DNA of 64,000 nt. Source: an uncultured Prevotellaceae bacterium (GTDB lineage: Bacteria > Bacteroidota > Bacteroidia > Bacteroidales > Bacteroidaceae). The position numbers were made by a program, and so were the translations under genes. This document shows positions 11,393 to 18,861 of the stretch, piece by piece; position 1 is the first letter of the stretch; every line of letters begins with the position of its first letter. The DNA is taken from positions 45,956 through 109,955 of the forward strand of contig CACWLC010000008.1 of NCBI GenBank assembly GCA_902761605.1, read 5' to 3'. The notes under the pieces were generated by a model. The model did no database searches, was not told the origin of the DNA, and saw nothing but the letters and a program-made list of their open reading frames with translations.

Positions 11393-12279
11393 ATCTTAGT
11401 GGCTTTAAGGAAACGTAGTTTACCATATTGGTCTTTTCTCAGTTCTGTATGCTTGAATCCCATGTCAAGGAGCATCGACTCTGTATCCTCGGCATAGATG
11501 GGATTGAGTTCAAAAAACAACATCCCGTCTGGCTTTAATGCTTCAAGGGCATATTTTGCGATAGCCCTATAAAAGAGCAGAGGGTCGTCATCAGGAACAA
11601 ATAATGCCAGATGCGGCTCATGCTCAAGCACATTTTTCTCCATCGCCTCTTTCTCCTTGTCGCAGATATATGGCGGATTGCTCACGATGATATCGTATTT
11701 AGAGGTGAGAGAAAGGCTATGGGTAGGCGAGCTTTGCTCAGGAATAATAATAAGGACATCCTTCTTTTCAAAGATGACTTCGGCTTCGAGGGCTTTGGCA
11801 TTCTCTTGAGCAATATGCAATGCCTCATCGGATATATCCCAAGCAGTAACTTTTGCCTCAGGAATCTCCAAAGCCAGAGTAATAGCTATACACCCGCTAC
11901 CCGTTCCGATATCGATCACCTCACACGGGGACAGGCACTCTGTGAGGTTTGACCTCACAGAGTGCCTGTGTGAGGTGATCCAGCGGCAGAGCTCTGCTGT
12001 TTCAGGGCGTGGGATTAGTACTCCAGGGGCCACATGGAACTGTCGTCCACAGAAATCTGCTACACCAATGACATACTGCACCGGTTCACCTTTTTCGAGA
12101 CGGAGCATAATTTTTTCCAGTTCTTCTTGCTCATCTGCGGATAATTCACTAACTTTGCCGCAAAGAATATCGGTGAACGACAAACCGAAGCGCACGTCAA
12201 GCACCCAACGGACGATGGCTTTCGCCTCGTCAGCATCATAAAGTGATGATAGTCTGTGCCAATAGTCTTCGTATGTCAT
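11389..12279 (-). CDS. prmC: Release factor glutamine methyltransferase
   Basis: VLIPRPET, DIGTGSGCIA and SNPPY motifs. Confidence 0.95.
   Translation of the reverse strand: MTYEDYWHRLSSLYDADEAKAIVRWVLDVRFGLSFTDILCGKVSELSADEQEELEKIMLRLEKGEPVQYVIGVADFCGRQFHVAPGVLIPRPETAELCRWITSHRHSVRSNLTECLSPCEVIDIGTGSGCIAITLALEIPEAKVTAWDISDEALHIAQENAKALEAEVIFEKKDVLIIIPEQSSPTHSLSLTSKYDIIVSNPPYICDKEKEAMEKNVLEHEPHLALFVPDDDPLLFYRAIAKYALEALKPDGMLFFELNPIYAEDTESMLLDMGFKHTELRKDQYGKLRFLKATKI
11914..11980. repeat. REP-like palindrome inside prmC (family B)
   Basis: 29-bp stem with 6-nt bulge and 3-nt loop; 11918-11946 matches 55862-55890 at 28/29. Confidence 0.8.
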
Positions 12280-12346
12280 ATCGCTTGCAAAGGTACGAAA
12301 TATTCCTGACCCAGCAAAACGATGATGAATTTTTTATTTTTCAAAA

Positions 12347-12425
12347 TTTGCTACCATGCTACCACCAACCTCTTGAAACCCATTTAAATAAAGATAACCC
12401 GGAAAGGTGGCAGCATGGTAGCAAA
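12347..12425. repeat. 20-bp inverted repeat pair with 39-bp spacer
   Basis: TTTGCTACCATGCTACCACC ... GGTGGCAGCATGGTAGCAAA, 19/20 match. Confidence 0.8.
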
Positions 12426-12699
12426 AAAACATAAATAAATTTTCATGTATCCTTCAGGAGTTTGAGATCGATCACCAGACTCTCAACTTGATTGTTTGCT
12501 TTAACGTAAGAAAAATAATATGGTTGCCCAAAATTAGCAACCTTTTGTCTGATTTATGCTTTTCTATGTGAATGTTTTTTTTCTGTAACTTTGGAAGAAT
12601 TTGCAGGATTTCTTTGTATAAAGGTGATGCAGAGGATTGAGAAATTTCCGGGTTACGATTTGGAGACTGTTCTCAATTCAATGTTCTGCTATAAATTTC

Positions 12700-12750
12700 C
12701 TAAAAGAGCACCCGACTCAGAGCCACCGCCTGTTTCGTGGCTCATCATCG
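12700..12750 (-). ncRNA. Candidate small hairpin RNA
   Basis: -7 box TACCTTTG (12755-12762, minus), GAGCCAC/GTGGCTC hairpin, TCTTTT tail, no clear downstream ORF. Confidence 0.35.
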
Positions 12751-12796
12751 AGTGCAAAGGTACAACATTATTTTGAAGTGGGATGATAACTATAGC

Positions 12797-13049
12797 CTAT
12801 ATGTTCAAGTATCTCTCTTGCACCTCCACAAACGAGAGCGGATTGATGCGCCCTGTCTTGTCATCAATACCCACCACAATCATTCCGCCACGAGAATTGC
12901 TCTGTGCCACCATCTCGCAACTCACGTCATACTTGTTATCGCGAGTCACCCGCTCCTTGCGCTCGGCATTGCCGCTTCGCTTGTCGAAGAACTGCACTCG
13001 CGTCTGTTCTGCCGTGTCTCTTAAGCTTCAGGATGTCTTCTTTTGTCAT
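12797..13049 (-). pseudogene. AlbA_2/Schlafen-domain ATP-binding protein remnant
   Basis: MTKEDILKL, +1 frameshift, then TAEQTRVQF[10-aa insert]KERVT...EMVAQSNSRGGMIVVGIDD; truncated after VQE. Confidence 0.7.
12959..12988 (-). mobile_element. 30-bp in-frame micro-insertion (family A), copy 1
   Basis: Removing TTCGACAAGCGAAGCGGCAATGCCGAGCGC restores VQFKER; 29/30 identical to copy 2. Confidence 0.7.
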
Positions 13050-13160
13050 TGTATTCCTTTATTCCTATAACGAGTTTATTCGTCTTTTTATTCCATCCAA
13101 TCGCTCCTTCCAACCTTTAGCCTCGCTTTTCTTTCGCTCTGACCATACTCTTGAGTAAGC

Positions 13161-13207
13161 CTAGAAGCAGCCTAGAGTATGGCTAGAAGCTGCTTAGAGT
13201 ATGGCTA
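13161..13207. repeat. 11/22-bp periodic tandem repeat
   Basis: CTAGAAGCAGC CTAGAGTATGG CTAGAAGCTGC TTAGAGTATGG CTA. Confidence 0.75.
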
Positions 13208-13244
13208 CACCTTGGGTAGAGCTTGTCAAAGTGCTTACAAAATC

Positions 13245-14135
13245 CTATTCTTCCTGCTCATAGTAATACGAATAGTCAATACCCTTCATGAATATCTCGC
13301 GGTCGTCAATCTTGTCAGTCATTGCACCTTCGAGCAATTCATGGATGCGACTACTATCCGTATGGCTGGCAATCATGGCGTCGAGATAGTCACGTTTATC
13401 AATCCGGCTCCAATCCACGCACATCTTTATACGCTTCTTGAATATCATGTCAAGCCAGATGCGCGTAGAACGGCCATTGCCCTCCATAAAAGGATGAGCC
13501 GCATTCATCTCTACATACTTCTCTACAATCTCGTCGAAAGTCGTCTCTGGCATCGCCTCTACGGTGTTCAGATAGCTATGCAGATGCTCTGCCAAACAGA
13601 ACAGAGTATTACCCTTAGCGATGGTTTTCGTACGAATCTTGCCAGCGAAGTTATATAGTCCACCAAACAGATAGGCATGAATCTGCTGCAGCGCCTTAAC
13701 AGTGCCCACATCTTTTTCTGCCACCAGGCGGCTCTCCCACAGCGTGTAGGCCTTCTTCCGGCTCTGCCCGTCGATAGTGTTATCGCTGTAGGTGAACCAA
13801 TCGAGGAAGTCCATTGCCTGTTGGTTCCGAATGGCCTTAGCAAGCTTGTCGACACCAGCTTGGCTGATAACATCGGTCATACGTTTCTTTCCATCAGGAG
13901 CAGTGAGTTTCAACTGGGTAGTGTCACTAACCACTTCACTATTTTCCTTCTTCAATTTTGCCTTCAGGTACTTCCAGTAGTTACGGTTCTTCTCATGGTC
14001 ATCCTGCTGGTTGATGGCTCCCACGATGTCCAGCACCGAGAACCACCAGTGGTTCCCATCCTCGTCCCAGACTGCCCGCACCTTATGGTCCTTGTAAAAT
14101 CTGATTGACAGTTTATTCATATCTTGAATTGTCAT
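13245..14135 (-). CDS. BRO-N-like domain fused to class III Fic AMPylase
   Basis: VRAVWD..WWFSVLDIV...NYWKYLK N-domain; HPFMEGNGRSTR Fic motif; C-terminal SYYYE inhibitory helix as in NmFic. Confidence 0.85.
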   Translation of the reverse strand: MTIQDMNKLSIRFYKDHKVRAVWDEDGNHWWFSVLDIVGAINQQDDHEKNRNYWKYLKAKLKKENSEVVSDTTQLKLTAPDGKKRMTDVISQAGVDKLAKAIRNQQAMDFLDWFTYSDNTIDGQSRKKAYTLWESRLVAEKDVGTVKALQQIHAYLFGGLYNFAGKIRTKTIAKGNTLFCLAEHLHSYLNTVEAMPETTFDEIVEKYVEMNAAHPFMEGNGRSTRIWLDMIFKKRIKMCVDWSRIDKRDYLDAMIASHTDSSRIHELLEGAMTDKIDDREIFMKGIDYSYYYEQEE

Positions 14136-14164
14136 GTTCCTATAATGACTATACTACTCTCCTG

Positions 14165-15079
14165 TTATTCCAACTCATTTCGAGTATCCACCATTTCCTT
14201 CCGTTTCTTCAACCGTTCATTAGATGGGAGAGATTGGCCTTTATGTTCTATGTATTCCCAAGTGACACAATGAATGGCACCGCCATCCACTATAAGTGGT
14301 TGTGCATAAATGGGTATTATCTCTAAATGCGGGAAAATCTGTTTGAATGTTTTTATTGCTGCTCTATCATTAGCAGAGTCGGCATGTTCAGAAAGGCATG
14401 GAAGTAGGATGGCACCTGGAACTTGAAGGTAGTTCAAATAGCACCACGAATCTTTGTCTGGTTTGCAATCGTATGAGAGTTCAACGACATCAAAATGAGG
14501 ATCCAATAATTTCAAAAGCCTTTTGTGAAATTCGGGGAAATCATGTTTCCAACAGCTGTTTAACAAGATTCTTTCATCGTTAATGGCCGCTACCATTCCG
14601 TCAGCATGTCCGCATTTATCATCCATATCCCATGGTAAAAGAATGATGTCGGCACAAAGGGAATGCCTCAAATGCTGAAATAATTCATCCAAAGGTCGGT
14701 TGGGGTTCTCCATGAGAATCTTGTCAGTCATGATGACTTTATTGCCGCATCTGACGTAATTACCTCCATCAAACACAATATTCATGTCTGTGGGAGTAAA
14801 CAGCTGTAATTCACTGCATGCATCTTTCTGCTTAGTTATAAATTTCCGTTCCTTTTTGTCGTCATACAAATAATCAGGGCGATATTCATACTTGGCATAG
14901 GTCCCGTCATCGAACAGTTTCACTGGCATATAGTCACGACACCAATAGTCATTTGTGTTTACTAACTCTCGATGCTCCACTTTCTGCTCATCGAGAGCGG
15001 CAAAGATTGCTTTAGCAACTCCAGCTGTTTTTTGAGTGGTTCTAAGCCATTCTGAAGTATAGATAAAAGGCTTTGTCAT
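14165..15079 (-). CDS. Agmatine deiminase / peptidyl-arginine deiminase family protein
   Basis: WCRDY, DGGN, GHADG, YLNYL and GGAIHCVT motifs; ATG 15079 lies 4 bp after the upstream stop. Confidence 0.85.
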   Translation of the reverse strand: MTKPFIYTSEWLRTTQKTAGVAKAIFAALDEQKVEHRELVNTNDYWCRDYMPVKLFDDGTYAKYEYRPDYLYDDKKERKFITKQKDACSELQLFTPTDMNIVFDGGNYVRCGNKVIMTDKILMENPNRPLDELFQHLRHSLCADIILLPWDMDDKCGHADGMVAAINDERILLNSCWKHDFPEFHKRLLKLLDPHFDVVELSYDCKPDKDSWCYLNYLQVPGAILLPCLSEHADSANDRAAIKTFKQIFPHLEIIPIYAQPLIVDGGAIHCVTWEYIEHKGQSLPSNERLKKRKEMVDTRNELE

Positions 15080-15083
15080 GACC

Positions 15084-15746
15084 TTATATTTCGTCTTTAC
15101 GTGTAAAACTCCACATACGTTCACATCTGTTAATCTTGACAGGAATGTATTTCCATTCACTTTCTGACTTAAATACATTCTTTCGTAGTCTCGGTTCAAT
15201 TGCTAATGTCTGTTGTCTTGGTTCTTCTATCCACTGAATATCATTCGCAGTTTCTAACGAGAATCCGTTTAATAGCGTATAAAGATAGGTCGATTGAGTG
15301 TTAAAGCCATAGATATCAGAAGACTGAAACATGTAATTCCCTGATTCTTCATCCTTTCTCCAGATCAAATAATTTCCCTGTTTGTCTTTAACCTCGTATG
15401 TTCGGATAAGCGCAGATGCTCTATATTTCTCATCTTTATTCTCAAATGTGATGTCAAAGCCGGAATTGTGTGCATGCAATGTCATCGTTGGGAAATAGGG
15501 CTGTTCATGTAATATGCGTCCTTCCCTGTTTCGTATATTGCGGTGGTAAACTATCGGATCATGAATGCCATAGGTCTTCTCACTATGGAAATAGAATTCC
15601 ACGGTTCTGATGAATACCTGATAATCATCTCTCACCTTAATAAAACCTCCATAGAGGAAACTTGGGGCAAGTTCGTCGAACATCTTCAGAAGTTCATCTT
15701 CGTCATTCGAACCATTGAATTTAAGCAGTTTCTCCTTTAGTGTCAT
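15084..15746 (-). CDS. Hypothetical protein resembling the methylpurine DNA glycosylase (MPG/AAG) fold
   Basis: IRTVEFY..HDP..H, GFDITF, ASALIR and PR...WSF echo MPG motifs (IVETEAY..D.ASH, AVLIRA, PRIG..PWRF). Confidence 0.5.
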   Translation of the reverse strand: MTLKEKLLKFNGSNDEDELLKMFDELAPSFLYGGFIKVRDDYQVFIRTVEFYFHSEKTYGIHDPIVYHRNIRNREGRILHEQPYFPTMTLHAHNSGFDITFENKDEKYRASALIRTYEVKDKQGNYLIWRKDEESGNYMFQSSDIYGFNTQSTYLYTLLNGFSLETANDIQWIEEPRQQTLAIEPRLRKNVFKSESEWKYIPVKINRCERMWSFTRKDEI

Positions 15747-15764
15747 ATACTATGATTCAAGTTT

Positions 15765-15962
15765 CGCAAGTAAAAAAATAGTTACCATTTTGCACGCTTA
15801 TTTGGCCAGTAAACGGAACTGCCAGATTCCAGAACGTCAAGCACAAAGCGTCAAGTAACGCCTTTCCTATATATAGGTTTCCGTCCCGCAGCCTCCACCC
15901 TTGGGCTTCGGCATTCTTACTTCCCGATGGCAGTAAGCCAGCAAACTGGTACGGTTCCGAAA
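15765..15962 (-). ncRNA. Candidate ~200-nt structured leader/ncRNA
   Basis: Follows -7 box TATCTTTG (15969-15976, minus); five or more hairpins plus long-range pairings; U-run near 15771-15778. Confidence 0.5.
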
Positions 15963-16065
15963 ACACTGCAAAGATACGATTACCCCAAAAAAGAATAAAA
16001 ATAACCTTTCACAAGGCTTGTGAAACCACTTTTGGAGCGAAAATTGGCAAAAATGTCTCAAAAAG

Positions 16066-16097
16066 TTTGGAAGATTCAGAAATAAAGCCTATCTTTG
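16066..16097 (+). promoter_or_regulatory. Bacteroidota promoter of the AbiF locus
   Basis: TTTG (-33, 16066-16069) and TATCTTTG (-7, 16090-16097). Confidence 0.7.
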
Positions 16098-16103
16098 CAC
16101 CGA

Positions 16104-16155
16104 CAAATCCCGCCCGCTTCCCATAAGAACAGCGTACCCAGCGGGACATTTTTTG
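16104..16155 (+). ncRNA. abiF-type upstream RNA (putative antitoxin)
   Basis: TCCCGC/GCGGGA outer stem, CGCT/AGCG inner stem and U-tract, between promoter and Abi gene. Confidence 0.65.
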
Positions 16156-16164
16156 TATATAGAT

Positions 16165-17061
16165 ATGAGGTATACCAAACAAGCAATGACGCTAGCACAG
16201 CAGATTCAGACACTGCAAGGCTGAGGTCTGATGATTGCTGATACCAATAAGGCAGAACAAGCTCTTGATGCTATCAGTTACTTCCGATTGGCAGACTACT
16301 GGTATCACTTGGAAGCTGATCATCATACTCATCAGTTCCTTCCCAACAGTCATTTTGAAGAGGTATTAGCTTGTTACTTTTTCGACAAGGACTTGAAGGC
16401 TTTGCTCTTCAAGGCTATTCAGACTATTGAGGTGGCGGTCAGATCAAAGGTCATCAAACACTTTGCCCCCACATGTGGTCCGTTCTGGTTTATGGATGCG
16501 ACAAAGGCTGTAAATCAAAGGCATTTCCAGACCAACCTTGACACCATCAAAAAAGAAGTCGGTCGCTCTAAGGAGCGGTATATCCGTGAGCATTTCCGCA
16601 AATACACTGATCCAGACCTGCCGCCTGTCTGGAAAACGCTGGAGGTAATATCCTTGGGTGAACTCTCAAAACTCTTCAACAACTTCAACGAGTCGCAACT
16701 GAAACATAATGTCGCACATGAGTTTGGACTGAATCACCACAAGTTTCTTTCAAGTTGGCTGGAAAGTCTGACCTCGCTCCGTAATCATTGTGCCCACCAT
16801 GCAAGGGTATGGAATCGGGCATATCCTTTGAAGCCAGCGACACCACAAATAATGCCCAACAAGTGGATTACCAACTTCACATTCAGGGAAGAGTCGCTAT
16901 ATGCCCAACTCTGCTGTATTGCCTATTGGCTGAATGCTATCGACGCCAACAACACTTTCGTTGGCGACCTCAAGCTATTGCTGCTTCGCAATCCGTCAAT
17001 AGATCCAGCCATGATGGGATTCCCGTCTAATTGGCGACAGGAACCCCTTTGGCAGTTATAG
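16165..17061 (+). pseudogene. Abi_2/AbiF family HEPN RNase with in-frame TGA at codon 20
   Basis: MRYTKQAMTLAQQIQTLQG*GLMI; ISYFRLADY, LPPVWK and LRNHCAH (RxxxxH) motifs. Confidence 0.8.
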
Positions 17062-17436
17062 GTATACAGAATGATAAAAGTTCAGCATACCTCATTGCTT
17101 TTGACGATTCTGGGGTTACGGATAAGAAACCTATCTACTTCTTTATTCCTCCCAAATTTGCATTCAGCCAAAAACTGAACATCTCCATATTTCCCCGTCT
17201 TGCCTTTTATTTACGCGCTTTCTGCGTTAATCTTCCGAAAAGCGTTGATATATTCAACCTTTTTTCGTAACTTTGCACTCAGGATTTTATTTAATCAACA
17301 ATAAAATTAGACTTTGTTAGTTTAGTGATAAAGTCGAGTGTTTCTGCAGATAGTTTTCGCTATCTGCAATAATAAAAAGATGATAGAAAACATACGTTTT
17401 TTCGGAAAATATTTGTATTTTTGCAGCGCGAATGAT

Positions 17437-18354
17437 ATGACTAACGACGAGAATTATATGCGGAGATGCATCCAGCTGGCTAAGAACGGGCAGCGGAATG
17501 CGAAGCCCAACCCAATGGTGGGGGCTGTGATTGTGAGTAATGACGGACGGATTATCGGTGAGGGTTATCATGTGCGATGCGGGGAGGGTCACGCTGAAGT
17601 GAATGCCTTTACCTCAGTAAGGCAGGAGGATGAGCCCCTGCTCAGTAAGGCGACCATATACGTGTCGCTAGAGCCTTGTTCTCATTATGGCAAGACTCCT
17701 CCCTGTGCCGACCTTATAATAAAGAAAGGTGTCCATCGTGTGGTGGTAGGTTGCATAGATGAATTCGCAGAGGTTCAGGGCCGTGGAATACAGAAGCTGC
17801 GTGATGCCGGTATTGCAGTAGAGGTAGGTGTTCTTGAAGAGGAATGTAAGGCCTTAAACCGTCGTTTTTTCACATTCCATCGGGAAAAACGGCCTTATAT
17901 CATACTGAAATGGGCACAGACAGCCAACGGTTTTATCGATAATAATTTCCAAGCCGCCAAGATTTCCAACGATTTCACCTCCATGCTCTCACATAAGCTA
18001 CGTGCTGAGGAGGATGCTATCCTCGTAGGTCGTGTCACTGATGAACGGGAGCATCCCCAACTGAATGTGCGCCACTGGAATGGCCCAGCCCCCAAGCGCC
18101 TTGTCATCGACCATCAGCATCCGCTGAACCTTGAGAGTCTTCATTCGCATAACATACAGTCGCTCATCGTTGAGGGCGGTGCTGAGACATTGCGTTCATT
18201 CCTCGTCCAAAATCTATGGGACGAGATCCGAGTGGAGACAAATACAGTGATGACTGTTTCTGGAGGCACCAGAGCACCACAGATTCCTACGAATGCAAAG
18301 GTGACTAGTTCCAAAAAGTATGGTGACAATTATATTGTGACTTATCGAAGATAA
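17437..18354 (+). CDS. ribD: Riboflavin biosynthesis deaminase/reductase
   Basis: PNPMVGAV, HAE, LEPCSHYGKTPPC and VEGGA motifs. Confidence 0.95.
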   Translation: MTNDENYMRRCIQLAKNGQRNAKPNPMVGAVIVSNDGRIIGEGYHVRCGEGHAEVNAFTSVRQEDEPLLSKATIYVSLEPCSHYGKTPPCADLIIKKGVHRVVVGCIDEFAEVQGRGIQKLRDAGIAVEVGVLEEECKALNRRFFTFHREKRPYIILKWAQTANGFIDNNFQAAKISNDFTSMLSHKLRAEEDAILVGRVTDEREHPQLNVRHWNGPAPKRLVIDHQHPLNLESLHSHNIQSLIVEGGAETLRSFLVQNLWDEIRVETNTVMTVSGGTRAPQIPTNAKVTSSKKYGDNYIVTYRR

Positions 18355-18358
18355 GGTT

Positions 18359-18832
18359 TTACTTCCTGCCGAAATCTGCAGGAACCTCACCCCATTTCTG
18401 TGTCTCCCATTTGATGATGGGATTACGGTAATTGTGTGTCTGGAGCCAGTTTTCGGCACGCAGGATTATCTGGTATAGTTTTTCCGTCTGTGGTGTTCGC
18501 TCAAGTTTGGTCTTACACTTGCGCTTCTGAACCCAGAGGATAGCATTGTAAGAATCGCTATATATGGTTTTATTGTGCAGCCCCTGTTGCCAACAGAGAG
18601 CGAGGGCATGAACGATAGCCAGGAACTCTCCGATATTATTCGTTCCATGAACAGGCCCGTAGTGGAACACCCGCGCCCCTGTCGTAAGGTCGATGGCCTG
18701 ATATTCCATCGGTCCCGGGTTACCAGAACAGGCGGCATCCACCGCCCACGCGTCTGCCCTCACCTCAGGAGGCAAGGGCAGGACGGTGTCGTGTCTGTAA
18801 TCAGGAGGATTCTGGATATTCATATTAGGCAT
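18359..18832 (-). CDS. Ribonuclease H (catalytic domain only)
   Basis: VDAACSGNPG, TNNIGEFLA, YSDS and PADFGRK motifs. Confidence 0.9.
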   Translation of the reverse strand: MPNMNIQNPPDYRHDTVLPLPPEVRADAWAVDAACSGNPGPMEYQAIDLTTGARVFHYGPVHGTNNIGEFLAIVHALALCWQQGLHNKTIYSDSYNAILWVQKRKCKTKLERTPQTEKLYQIILRAENWLQTHNYRNPIIKWETQKWGEVPADFGRK

Positions 18833-18861
18833 TCCTAGGATGAAATAGGAATTTCTATGAA

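Noticed and set aside
17031..17270. 79-aa ORF after AbiF
   Set aside because: Weak start, no recognisable motif; probably a remnant or non-coding
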